Of a DNA stretch of 64,000 nt, positions 18,285 to 27,803 are shown piece by piece. A program made the position numbers and the translations under genes. The stretch comes from Desulfobacterales bacterium (GTDB lineage: Bacteria; Desulfobacterota; Desulfobacteria; Desulfobacterales; UBA2174), in contig CAXXWC010000002.1 in NCBI GenBank assembly GCA_963668645.2, positions 32,001-96,000 of the forward strand, read 5' to 3'. Below the pieces are notes generated by a model that worked only from the letters and a program-made list of their open reading frames with translations, had not been told where the DNA came from and searched no databases. Within the stretch, counting starts at the first letter, position 1, and the number at the start of each line of letters is the position of its first letter.

Positions 18285-19295
18285 ATGATACGTACCGTCA
18301 TTCGCGGCACCGGCCGCTATCTCCCCCCGCGAGTGTTGACCAACGACGACCTGACCCGCTGGATGGACACCTCCGACGAATGGATTCGCCAGCGCACCGG
18401 TATCGAACAACGGCACTGGATCGACCCGGAAAACCCCCAGGGTGCTTCCGAACTCGGTCTTGAAGCGGCCCGGATAGCGCTGGAGCGGGCAGGTTGGCAG
18501 GCGACGGACATCGACCTGATCATCTTTGCGACCCTGAGCCCGGACGTCTTTTTTCCCGGCTCCGGTTGCCTGCTGCAGAACCTGTTGGGGCTCGAAACCA
18601 CGCCGGCTCTGGATATCCGCCAGCAGTGCACCGGTTTTCTCTATGGCATGGCCACGGCCGATGCCTTCATCCGCAGCGGCATGTATCGACGCATTCTGTT
18701 CGTGGGGGCCGAGGTTCACTCCACCGGCCTGGACGTCTCCACCGAGGGGCGGGACGTTACCGTGATCTTCGGTGACGGGGCCGCGGCGGTCTGTTTCGAG
18801 GCTTTGGAAACCGACGCCGCTGTCGGGGTATTGGGCCAGCGCCTGCATGCCCAGGGGGAGTTTGCAGAGAGTCTCATGGTCGAGGCGCCGGCTTCACGTC
18901 TCTGGCCGCGGCTCGATGAACGGATGATGCGCGAAAAACGACATTTCCCGCGCATGAACGGAAAGTTGATTTTCAAGCTGGCCCTGCGCCGTCTGCCTGA
19001 GGTGACCATGGCGGTGCTGGCCGACGCGGGTATCGGCAAGGATGATGTCGATCTTTACATCCCCCACCAAGCCAACATGCGCATCAACCAGTTTTTCGAA
19101 AAGCAGATGGAACTGGCTGAAGGCAAGGTCTACCACAACATCCAGCGCTACGGAAACACCACCGCGGCCACGATTCCGCTGGCCATCGACGAGGCCCTGG
19201 AAAACGGGCAGATCGGTCCGGGCAGCACGATCTGTTGTCTCGGCTTGGGGGCCGGGGTGACCTGGGGCGCCTCGCTCTACCGGTTTCCGGACTGA
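18285..19295 (+). CDS. fabH: 3-oxoacyl-ACP synthase III family
   Basis: DTSDEWI..RTGI, catalytic QCTGF, FGDGAAA, PHQAN, GNT.AATIP. Confidence 0.92.
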   Translation: MIRTVIRGTGRYLPPRVLTNDDLTRWMDTSDEWIRQRTGIEQRHWIDPENPQGASELGLEAARIALERAGWQATDIDLIIFATLSPDVFFPGSGCLLQNLLGLETTPALDIRQQCTGFLYGMATADAFIRSGMYRRILFVGAEVHSTGLDVSTEGRDVTVIFGDGAAAVCFEALETDAAVGVLGQRLHAQGEFAESLMVEAPASRLWPRLDERMMREKRHFPRMNGKLIFKLALRRLPEVTMAVLADAGIGKDDVDLYIPHQANMRINQFFEKQMELAEGKVYHNIQRYGNTTAATIPLAIDEALENGQIGPGSTICCLGLGAGVTWGASLYRFPD

Positions 19296-20917
19296 AAAGG
19301 GAGCCCCTGCTTGAAAAGGGTTTCCAGGTACCAGCGGGCCGTTGCATCCAGATCCTCGGAAAAAGGCCGGCCGCCGTTGCGACCGGCCATCTGGGTGCGA
19401 AGGCCCGTGGCCATGGTCTTGCCCAGTTCCACGCCGTACTGGTCGAAGGGATTGATGCCCCAGAGGAAGGCCTCGTAGACGGTGCGCGCCTCGTAAAACG
19501 AGAGCAGCCGCCCCACGTTGTAAGGGCTCAGGTCCTCCATGAGCAGCGTCGATGAAGGCCGGTTGCCCTCGAAGCGGCGTTCCGGTGGTCCATCCGGCTT
19601 TCCCACGGCCAGGGCGTGTGATTGGGCCACCAGGTTGGCCCAGAGCTCCTGGTGGTTGGTCACCCCTTTGGTGCGTACATCGTCATGGCTGTAGCGCGGG
19701 CGTACCACCCCGATGAACTCGATGGGAAACGGGCGTCCCTGGTGGGCAAGCTGGAAAAAGCTGTGCTGGGCGCAGGTGCCCGGCTCGCCGAAGACGATGG
19801 GGCCGGTGGTCACCGGAAGGGGCCGGCCCTCGATATCCACCGACTTGCCGTTGCTTTCCATGTTGAGCTGCTGCACATGGGCCGGCAGCTTGGCCAGGGG
19901 CTCGGCGTAGGGGATGATTCCCAGGGCCGGGTAGCCGAGAAAATTCGTGTTCCAGACGGTGAGCAGGGCCGCCAGCAGGGGCAGGTTGCCAGCTGCGGGG
20001 GCCTCGGCGGCGTGGCGGTCCATATCCGCGGCGCCGCGCAGCAGTTCTTCAAAGCGCTCGTAACCCAGATAGAGGCTCAGCGGCACCCCGCCGACAGCCG
20101 AGGTGAGACTGTAGCGGCCGCCGATGAAATCGAACATGTGAAAGGCGGCCAGTACGGGCCGCGACGGATCGTCTCCCGGGCTTCCCTTGGCGGTCACCGT
20201 GACGGTATGCCGGGCCGGGTCCAGCCCCTTGGCACGCATGAACTGTTGGGCCTGCACGGCGTTGGCCATGGTCTCGGTGGTGGTATAGCTCTTGGAGATG
20301 ACCACCCACAAGGTAGCCTCCGGATCGACGGCAGCGGCCACGCGGCCGAAGTTGTGGATGTCCACGTTGGCCAGAAAATGCAGCCGCATCCCGGCCAGGG
20401 CGTCCTCAGCCAAGGCGTGGGCCGCAAAGGCGGTGCCGAGGTAGGAGCCGCCGATGCCCACCACCACGATGTCGCGAAACCGTTTGCCGGTGGATCCGGT
20501 GATGCGCCCGGTCTGCACGGCGGCGGCAAAATCCCTGATTTTTTCGCGTACCGCCTGGATTTCGGGCATCACGTCATGGCCGTTGACCGACACCGGAGCA
20601 TCACCGAAGCGGCGCGCAGCGGTGTGCAGGGCGGCCCGCTTTTCGGTGTAATTGACGATTTCACCGCTGATCATGCGCCGGAAGGATCCGTCCAGATCGC
20701 GCTGGGCCGCCAGTTCCAGCAGGGCCGTGATCACCTCGGCGGTCACGCGCTGGCGCGAAAAATCGTAAAACAGGCCGCCGCCCGAGACGCTGAAGGCCTC
20801 CAACCGGCCAGGGGCCTGGACCAGATGGCGCAGATGGCGTTCCGGGCTTTGCATGCGGGCGGCCAATCCGCCTAGAACGGGCCAGGCGGCCAGGCGGGTA
20901 AGGGGAGAAAGCGACAT
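19277..20917 (-). CDS. pgi: Glucose-6-phosphate isomerase
   Basis: GIGGS.LG, SKSYTT.ET, GGRYS, MESNGK, FDQYGVELGK. Confidence 0.95.
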   Translation of the reverse strand: MSLSPLTRLAAWPVLGGLAARMQSPERHLRHLVQAPGRLEAFSVSGGGLFYDFSRQRVTAEVITALLELAAQRDLDGSFRRMISGEIVNYTEKRAALHTAARRFGDAPVSVNGHDVMPEIQAVREKIRDFAAAVQTGRITGSTGKRFRDIVVVGIGGSYLGTAFAAHALAEDALAGMRLHFLANVDIHNFGRVAAAVDPEATLWVVISKSYTTTETMANAVQAQQFMRAKGLDPARHTVTVTAKGSPGDDPSRPVLAAFHMFDFIGGRYSLTSAVGGVPLSLYLGYERFEELLRGAADMDRHAAEAPAAGNLPLLAALLTVWNTNFLGYPALGIIPYAEPLAKLPAHVQQLNMESNGKSVDIEGRPLPVTTGPIVFGEPGTCAQHSFFQLAHQGRPFPIEFIGVVRPRYSHDDVRTKGVTNHQELWANLVAQSHALAVGKPDGPPERRFEGNRPSSTLLMEDLSPYNVGRLLSFYEARTVYEAFLWGINPFDQYGVELGKTMATGLRTQMAGRNGGRPFSEDLDATARWYLETLFKQGLPFQSGNR

Positions 20918-20955
20918 GGCGTCACCTCCAGAACGGAAATGTTTTCAAGGGGGAT

Positions 20956-21144
20956 TCAAGCTCGGCGCTGGCAGGAAATCGTTTCGGCCAGGACCTCCTG
21001 GATCCGGTCGATGCGCTGGCAGCCATCTCGGCAAGCCGGGAATTCCACCTGCCGGGCGCAGTCCTTGCAAGGACTCTTGACCAGATAGCCGACTTCGAAA
21101 TCGAAGCGTGAACGAAAGCGGATATAGCGAATCTTGGGTTTCAT
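20956..21144 (-). CDS. Small four-Cys hypothetical protein
   Basis: SPCKDC...FPAC..GC. Lies upstream of pgi in the same orientation. Confidence 0.55.
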   Translation of the reverse strand: MKPKIRYIRFRSRFDFEVGYLVKSPCKDCARQVEFPACRDGCQRIDRIQEVLAETISCQRRA

Positions 21145-21290
21145 CTTGCCTGCGCCAAGCCGGGCGCCAGGCCCGACAGGGGACACAAGCACCGGGACGG
21201 TTGCATCGTTATGCCGAAATGATTAGCATACCGATTCCCGGTTCTCAAGATCAAACCCATTTAAATACCATGATAGCAGGTGCCGATCCC

Positions 21291-22019
21291 ATGCCCAAGA
21301 GCCAATCCAGACCGACTTCTGGCAGCGACCATCGCCGGCCTTCGCCCGGCGTCCTGACATTCACCCGGGTCATTGTCCTGTGCGGCGCTGCCGGAGCCGG
21401 TGCGGCCCTGTTCTGGGTTTTTCTTGATGCCGCCGGAGCCTTGACCGCAACGGCGCAGCAGGGGGCCATCTTTTCCTGGCCGTTGCAGGCCGCAATCCTT
21501 GCCGGGGCCCTGGCGGTACTGGTTCTCGCGGCGATTCTGCTGCGCCGGGCCGCGCCGAGCGAGCCGATGCCTGCGGTCAAGGCCTCACCCGCCCCGAGGG
21601 TCGATCCCCAGGCCCGGGCCGCAGCCCAAGCCCGTGAAACGCGGCTTTTTGTCCATCTGCTGAAGCGCCTGCAGCGCGAAGGCCGGTTGATGGACTTTCT
21701 GGCCGAGGACCTGGAGGCCTACGACGACGCCCAGATCGGCGCCGCCGCGCGCAGCGTGCATGCCGGCTGCCGCCGGGTGGTGGAAAAACTTTTCGCCCCC
21801 AAGCCGGTGATGGCCGAGGCCGAAGACGCCCGGGTGATCCTGGGCGAAGACTACGACCCGGCCGCCATCACCCTCACCGGCCGCGTGGGCGAGCGGCCGC
21901 CGTTTGAGGGCATCGTGCGCCACACGGGCTGGCGCGCCGCCAGCATCGAGATTCCGCTGCTGGCCGAGGAAACCGATCCAGCGATCATCGCCCCTGCCGA
22001 AGTCGAAGTGGTGGATTGA
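21291..22019 (+). CDS. DUF2760 domain membrane-anchored protein
   Basis: Two TM segments, then LQREGRLMDFL.EDL..YDDAQIGAAAR.VH.GC and G...H.GW, ending PAEVE. Confidence 0.85.
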   Translation: MPKSQSRPTSGSDHRRPSPGVLTFTRVIVLCGAAGAGAALFWVFLDAAGALTATAQQGAIFSWPLQAAILAGALAVLVLAAILLRRAAPSEPMPAVKASPAPRVDPQARAAAQARETRLFVHLLKRLQREGRLMDFLAEDLEAYDDAQIGAAARSVHAGCRRVVEKLFAPKPVMAEAEDARVILGEDYDPAAITLTGRVGERPPFEGIVRHTGWRAASIEIPLLAEETDPAIIAPAEVEVVD

Positions 22020-22037
22020 CCGCTCAAAGGAGTTCAC

Positions 22038-24776
22038 TTGTCCCAAGACGCGCGTTTCATCGTCGGCATCGACCTGGGAACCACCAACAGCGCCCTGGCC
22101 TATATCGATCTGCAGGCGGAACCCGAAGACCGGCGGCAGATCCGGATCTTCGAGATCGCCCAGCTTACCGGTCCGGGCGAGGTGAGCCGGCTGCCGGTTC
22201 TGCCCTCCTTCCTTTATCTGCCGGGCCGTTTCGACATCGCTGCGGAGGCCATCGGACTGCCCTGGGCCCGGGCCAGCGACCGCTTCGTGGGCGCCTATGC
22301 CCGCGATCACGGGGCCAAGGTTCCGGCCCGGCTGGTCAGTTCGGCCAAAAGCTGGCTCTGCCACGGCCGGGTGGACCGCGAGGCCCCCATTCTGCCCCGG
22401 GACGCCGGGGACGACATCGCCAAAGTCTCCCCGGTGACCGCCACGGCCGCCTACCTCGATCACCTGCGCCAGGCCTGGAACCACCACTGGGGCCAGGATG
22501 AGGACCTGTACCTCGAACACCAGAACCTGGTCATCACCGTGCCGGCCTCCTTTGACGAGGTGGCCCGAGATCTGACCGTCAAGGCCGCGGTCCTGGCCGG
22601 GCTGCCGGGCGCCGTGCTGCTCGAAGAACCCCTGGCCGCCTTCTACAGCTGGCTGTCGGACCACGAAGAGGACTGGCAGGCCCATGTGGCCCCGCAAGAG
22701 CTGGTGGTGGTCTGCGACGTGGGCGGCGGAACCACCGATTTCACCCTGATCACCCTGAGCCCGGCCGACGGCGGGCCCCGCTTCGAGCGCATCGCCGTGG
22801 GGGATCATCTCATCCTGGGGGGCGACAACATCGACATCGCCCTGGCGCACGAGGTCCTGCACCGCATCGGCCGTTCGGCGGCCTCGGTGCCCATGGACCA
22901 GTACAAGTCGCTTTGCCATCAATGCCGCCAGGCCAAGGAGCGGCTTTTGAACGGGGAGGTCGAATCCTGCCGCATCACCGTGGCCGGGACCGGCCGCCGT
23001 CTCATCGCCGGAACCCTTTCCGCCGAACTGAACCGCGAGACGGTGGTCAGCATCGTGATGGACCAGTTTCTGCCGGCCTCGGGCCGCTCGGCGGCCCCAC
23101 CGGTGGACAGCGAGGGGCTCCACGGCCTTCCTTTTGCCGCCGAGCAGGCCATCACCGGCCACCTGATCGACTTTCTCCAGCGCCACCGGCCGGATGCCGA
23201 ACGGATTCTCAACCATGCCGATCCGCGCCCCGACCTGATCCTCTTCAACGGGGGCTCGCTGAAATCGATGCCGATCCAGGATCGGATCTGCCGGGTATTG
23301 GCCGACCGTTTCGGGCCCGAAACCGGTCCCCGGGTGCTGGAGAATCCGCGCCCGGATCTGGCCGTGGCCGCCGGGGCTGCCTACTACGGTTGGGTCAAGG
23401 CCGGCCGGGGGGTGCGGGTCGGCTCGGGCAGCGCCCGGGCCTATTATCTGGGCGTGGCAGGACCGGACGGCGGCAGCGACGCTTCCCAGGCCGTCTGCCT
23501 GGTGGAAAGAGGGCTGGAGGAGGGAAGCCGCATCGCCCTGGACGCCCATCGGCTCGAGGTGGTGGCCAACCGCCCGGTGCGCTTCGATCTGTTCTCCTCC
23601 AGTTACCGCAGCGGCGATCGGTGCGGCGATCTGGTGGCGGTGGACGAAACCCTTTCACGGCTGCCGCCCCTGGAAACGGTGGTCGCCTTCGGGCGCGGCG
23701 GCGAGGCGCGGCGCATCCCGGTGCAGGTCGAGGCACTGTACAGCGAAACCGGGACCCTCTCGCTCTGGTGTGCCAGCCAGGCCAGCGATCACCGGTGGCA
23801 GTTGCGTTTCCAACTGCGCGGCGCCTCCACCAGGCCCGATGTCCCGGTGGAAGCGGCCATCGACGCCCAGGCCCTGGAAACGGCGGTGCGGGCTGCCGCC
23901 GCCGCCTTTGAAAGTGAAGATCATCGCAGCATCGACGAACTGGCCGCCGTTCTGGCCGGGAAGGTGCAGATCGACAAGGAGCAATGGCCGTTGAGCCTCT
24001 TGCGGGGCGTGGCCGATGCCCTGCTCGACGTCGATCGGTGCCGTCGCTGCTCCCCGGTCCATGAGGCGCGCTGGCTCAACCTGGGGGGATACTGCCTGCG
24101 GCCCGGATTCGGCGACGGGGCCGACCCCCACCGCCTCAAACGGTTGTGGCGGATCTATCTCCAGGGCCCGCAATTTTCCGGCAAACCCCAGGTGCGCAGC
24201 GAATGGTGGATCGTCTGGCGGCGTGTTTCCGGCGGACTCAGCGCCGGCCAGCAGCGCCAGTTTCTCCAGGACATCGCCGGCCAGCTGGCCAGGGAACGTT
24301 CCGGATCGGCGGTGCATACCGAGATGTGGATGGCCCTGGCCAGCATGGAACGCCTGCTGGTCAAGGACAAGATCAAGCTGGGCCGCAGCCTGCTGGAAAG
24401 CCTGTCTCCCCGCAAGCCGGTGCCCCAGCTTTTCTGGGCACTGGGACGCCTCGGGGCGCGCGAGCTGCTTTACGGCAGCGTGGACCGGGTGGTCCCTGCC
24501 GGAGAGGCCGCCGTCTGGATCGAGCGGCTCACAGGCACTGCCTGGCGCAACCCCAAACCGGTGGCTGCTGCCGTGGTGCAGTTGGCCCGGCGCACCGCAG
24601 ACCGCACCCGGGACCTTTCCCCGGAGCGTTTGGATAAGGTCTGTCGCTGGCTTGCAGACAACGGGGCCGGCTCGCGGCAGATGCGTATGGTCGAGGAGGT
24701 GGTGGACCTGGCGCCGGTGGAGCAGGGCGCTCTATTCGGCGAGGCCCTGCCGGTGGGCCTGGTGCTGAAGAGCTGA
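22038..24776 (+). CDS. Atypical Hsp70/DnaK-like ATPase with long C-terminal (DUF3731-like) domain
   Basis: GIDLGTTNS, TVPASFD, EEP.AA, DVGGGTTD, GGDNID; C-terminal WLNL.GYCLRPGFGD and WW..WRRV.GGL. Confidence 0.88.
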   Translation: MSQDARFIVGIDLGTTNSALAYIDLQAEPEDRRQIRIFEIAQLTGPGEVSRLPVLPSFLYLPGRFDIAAEAIGLPWARASDRFVGAYARDHGAKVPARLVSSAKSWLCHGRVDREAPILPRDAGDDIAKVSPVTATAAYLDHLRQAWNHHWGQDEDLYLEHQNLVITVPASFDEVARDLTVKAAVLAGLPGAVLLEEPLAAFYSWLSDHEEDWQAHVAPQELVVVCDVGGGTTDFTLITLSPADGGPRFERIAVGDHLILGGDNIDIALAHEVLHRIGRSAASVPMDQYKSLCHQCRQAKERLLNGEVESCRITVAGTGRRLIAGTLSAELNRETVVSIVMDQFLPASGRSAAPPVDSEGLHGLPFAAEQAITGHLIDFLQRHRPDAERILNHADPRPDLILFNGGSLKSMPIQDRICRVLADRFGPETGPRVLENPRPDLAVAAGAAYYGWVKAGRGVRVGSGSARAYYLGVAGPDGGSDASQAVCLVERGLEEGSRIALDAHRLEVVANRPVRFDLFSSSYRSGDRCGDLVAVDETLSRLPPLETVVAFGRGGEARRIPVQVEALYSETGTLSLWCASQASDHRWQLRFQLRGASTRPDVPVEAAIDAQALETAVRAAAAAFESEDHRSIDELAAVLAGKVQIDKEQWPLSLLRGVADALLDVDRCRRCSPVHEARWLNLGGYCLRPGFGDGADPHRLKRLWRIYLQGPQFSGKPQVRSEWWIVWRRVSGGLSAGQQRQFLQDIAGQLARERSGSAVHTEMWMALASMERLLVKDKIKLGRSLLESLSPRKPVPQLFWALGRLGARELLYGSVDRVVPAGEAAVWIERLTGTAWRNPKPVAAAVVQLARRTADRTRDLSPERLDKVCRWLADNGAGSRQMRMVEEVVDLAPVEQGALFGEALPVGLVLKS

Positions 24777-24874
24777 GCCCTGGCCGCCTAAAAAAGGCTA
24801 ACGCAGCGGATGCATAAATCGGTTAAAGTCCATTTATATTGAGTTGTTGTATATAGAATGGGATGCCGGTCGGT

Positions 24875-27067
24875 TCAGTCGTTTGCCGCTTCTTGTTTGT
24901 ACCTTTCGTATTCCACCATCCGGGCCAAGGCCCGCACGGCCCGCTCCGGGGTTGGATAGAAGACGGCTCGCAGGCTCTGGTCCTGCACCGGATAGACGGT
25001 GCGGGCCGCAGCGTCGGTGAACAGGCCGACGCCCAGAATCGGCTTGGCATAGCGGGTCATCAGCTCGACACAGTGGGCGATGAAGCGCGTTTCGAAGTCG
25101 TCGATGATGGCGATGGCAGATTGGATCTGACTGTCGTCGTCCTGGGGATCGGATCGTTTGAGGGCCCCGGCCATGCGGCGCAAAAAAATCCGCCGGCCGA
25201 GAATTCCCAGATTGATCACCGCATCGCAGCCCTCCCAGGCCATGAGGCTTTCCAGGACCGTCATCGGCAGGCTCGGATCGGTTTCCCCCACCAGGTCGAT
25301 GGGATTGGCGCGGCTCCAGTAAGCGGGCAAAAGGGCATCGAAACGCTCGACGAGCTGCGGGTCGAGGGAAGGCAGGTCCAGCCCGTTCTGGGCGCACAGG
25401 TCGGCGCCGATCACGCCCCAGCCGCCGCCCAGGGTCATGATGGCCACCCGGTTGCCCCGGGGCAGGGGCAGCGAGTCGAAGGCGGCGGCCAGATCGAGAA
25501 GGTCCATCGGCTGGTCCACCTTGACGATCCCGGCCTGGCGGCAGACGGCGTCAAAGACCCGCCGGTCCCCGGCCATGGCCCCGGTATGGCTGGCTGCGGC
25601 CCGGCGGCCGGCCTCGCTCTGGCCGCCTTTGAGCAGCACCACCGGTTTGCGCCGGCCGACGCGGCGGGCGTTCTCGAAAAAACGGCGCCCGTCCTTGACG
25701 CTTTCCACGTAGAGCAAAACGGTGCGGGTCAGCCGGTCCACTGCAAACCCCTCGAGGTAGTCCTCGATGGTGATCATGGCCTCGTTGCCCGACCCGCAAA
25801 AGGCCCGGATCCCGATCCCCTGGTCCTCGGCAAAGGCGAGCAGCTGGACCCCCATGTTGCCCGACTGGGCCACCATGGCGGTGGCCCCCGGTTCGGGCTG
25901 GACCGCCGTACCGGTGCAGTAAAGACGGATGTGCGGATTGCAGATTCCCATGGTGTTGGGGCCCAGAAGCAAGACGCCGGCCTCGCGGGCCTCGCGCACC
26001 AGATCGGCCTCCAGGGCCTTTCCGGCGTCGCCGGTTTCGCCGAATCCGGAGCTGATCAGGACCGCGTAACGGATCCGGCGTGCCGCCAGTTGCGGGATCA
26101 GGGCCGGCACGGCCGCGGCCGGCACCGTGATAATCGCCAGATCGATCCCCTCGGGCAGGTCGGCCACCTGCCGGATTACCGGGCGGCCGAAAATGGTCCC
26201 CCCCTTGGGATTGACGAGATAAATTTCTCCGGTGTACCCGCCGCCCAGAGTGTGGGTGACGAGCATGTGCCCCCATTTGCCCAGCTTGGCGGAAGCGCCC
26301 ACAAAGGCGATGCGCCGCGGCTGAAACAAGGCGCCAAGGTCATCCGGGGCCACCGGCCGGTGCGATTGGACGGATACGGATGGGGTTGCCAGCGTCACCA
26401 CGGCATCCACGGCTACAGGGATGCCGTCCGGTGTGATCAGGAGTGGGTTGAGATCGATCTCGGCCACCTGCGGGTACTGTACGGCGATGGCGGAAAGGGC
26501 CATGAGCACATCGACGAGACGGTCTGTCGCCACGGCGGCCTCGCCGCGAAAGGCGCCGAGCAGACGCCGGGCGCGGATTTCCGCCAGCATGGCCCTGGCA
26601 TCGACGCGGGTCAACGGTGCCAGTCGCAGGGCAACGTCGGCCAGGGCCTCGGTGAACACGCCGCCCAGGCCGAAAAGGACCACCGGTCCGAACTGGGCGT
26701 CGCGGGAGATGCCGGCCACGAACTCCCGCTTTCCCGTCAGGTGGGGTTGGACGAGAAATCCTTCCGGCGCCCGGTCCGGTTGCGCCGCCATCTGGGCCGC
26801 GGCCGCCTCCACCGCTGCGGCGCTTGCCAGCCCCAGGCGGACCATTCCCTGTTCGGTTTTGTGAAGCAGATCTGCGCCATACCCCTTGAGGACCACGGGA
26901 AATCCCGTTTTTGAGGCGGCCGCACCCGCCTCGGCCGGGGATGCGGCACGGATTTCGGAAACCAGCGGGATGCCGTGGGCGGCCAACAACTGTTTGGCGT
27001 CGGCATCTGCAAGGGCTGTGCGGCCTTGGGACAGCGTCGTGGCGATAAGCCGCCGGAGGTCGATCAT
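24875..27067 (-). CDS. ADP-forming acetate/acyl-CoA ligase (ATP-grasp domain first, then CoA-binding and ligase domains)
   Basis: HKTE.G.V, D.QFGPV..FGLGG, E.DLNP; then VGAS, VNPKG, GPNTMG, QSG and the phospho-His motif SHTG. Confidence 0.9.
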   Translation of the reverse strand: MIDLRRLIATTLSQGRTALADADAKQLLAAHGIPLVSEIRAASPAEAGAAASKTGFPVVLKGYGADLLHKTEQGMVRLGLASAAAVEAAAAQMAAQPDRAPEGFLVQPHLTGKREFVAGISRDAQFGPVVLFGLGGVFTEALADVALRLAPLTRVDARAMLAEIRARRLLGAFRGEAAVATDRLVDVLMALSAIAVQYPQVAEIDLNPLLITPDGIPVAVDAVVTLATPSVSVQSHRPVAPDDLGALFQPRRIAFVGASAKLGKWGHMLVTHTLGGGYTGEIYLVNPKGGTIFGRPVIRQVADLPEGIDLAIITVPAAAVPALIPQLAARRIRYAVLISSGFGETGDAGKALEADLVREAREAGVLLLGPNTMGICNPHIRLYCTGTAVQPEPGATAMVAQSGNMGVQLLAFAEDQGIGIRAFCGSGNEAMITIEDYLEGFAVDRLTRTVLLYVESVKDGRRFFENARRVGRRKPVVLLKGGQSEAGRRAAASHTGAMAGDRRVFDAVCRQAGIVKVDQPMDLLDLAAAFDSLPLPRGNRVAIMTLGGGWGVIGADLCAQNGLDLPSLDPQLVERFDALLPAYWSRANPIDLVGETDPSLPMTVLESLMAWEGCDAVINLGILGRRIFLRRMAGALKRSDPQDDDSQIQSAIAIIDDFETRFIAHCVELMTRYAKPILGVGLFTDAAARTVYPVQDQSLRAVFYPTPERAVRALARMVEYERYKQEAAND

Positions 27068-27237
27068 TTTTTCAGGCGTCCTTGTTGTAGGTGGATGCAG
27101 CCGTTAGGCATGGATGTAGTCGTTGAACGATATTTTTTAAACGGAACCTCTAATTTTCCCGTGCGTTTGTCAACCGCTTTGTGCGCCAAACAGCGCGTTG
27201 GCAAGCGACGGACGATGTGGTAATGGCAACGGGCATG

Positions 27238-27783
27238 ATGCGCATCGGCATGGGATACGACGTTCACCGGCTGGTCGCCGGCCGGCCCCTGATTATCGGC
27301 GGGGTGCAAATCCCTTACGAACGCGGCCTGCTGGGCCACTCGGACGCCGACGTGCTGGTCCATGCGGTATGCGACGCCCTGCTCGGTGCGGCCGGGCTGG
27401 GGGATATCGGCACGCATTTTCCCGATACCGATCCTTCCCTGGCGGGCATCGACAGCCTGGTCCTGCTGGAACGCTGCGCGCAGATGGTCACTTGCCAGGG
27501 TTTTGACGTGGCCAATCTCGACGCCACCATTTTCGCCCAGGCCCCGCGCATGGCGCCCCATCGAGAAGCGATGGCGGCCAACATCGCCCGTGCGGCCGGC
27601 ATCGATCCGGCCCGGGTCAACATCAAGGCCACCACCACCGAGGGGCTTGGCCCCTTTGGCCGGGGCGAGGGGATCGGGGCCGCCTGCGCGGCGCTGCTGG
27701 TGGCGGTGAAAAAAACAGCAGCCGGGAATAATCGGACCGATCCGTCAGATCCGTCAGATCCGTCGGATCCGTCCGATTTTTAA
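27238..27783 (+). CDS. ispF: 2-C-methyl-D-erythritol 2,4-cyclodiphosphate synthase
   Basis: [40 protein letters not shown]. Confidence 0.96.
   Translation: MRIGMGYDVHRLVAGRPLIIGGVQIPYERGLLGHSDADVLVHAVCDALLGAAGLGDIGTHFPDTDPSLAGIDSLVLLERCAQMVTCQGFDVANLDATIFAQAPRMAPHREAMAANIARAAGIDPARVNIKATTTEGLGPFGRGEGIGAACAALLVAVKKTAAGNNRTDPSDPSDPSDPSDF
27730..27778. repeat. 9-bp tandem repeat (GATCCGTCN x4) within a palindrome, at the ispF 3' end
   Basis: aatcggaccgatccgtcagatccgtcagatccgtcggatccgtccgatt, translated as [13 protein letters not shown]. Confidence 0.8.
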
Positions 27784-27803
27784 AACAACAAAAGGAGCCT
27801 TTC

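Noticed and set aside
19277..19295. Convergent 3' overlaps (fabH/pgi; also 38215-38225 and 48240-48259)
   Set aside because: Short tail-to-tail overlaps are common in compact genomes, and nothing suggests a special function.
24820..24860. AT-rich patch between convergent genes as a second dif or att site
   Set aside because: No 11-6-11 Xer arm match and no repeated partner seen in the window.
27730..27778. Short repeat array as a possible CRISPR
   Set aside because: The units are contiguous 9-mers with no spacers, and no cas genes are present.
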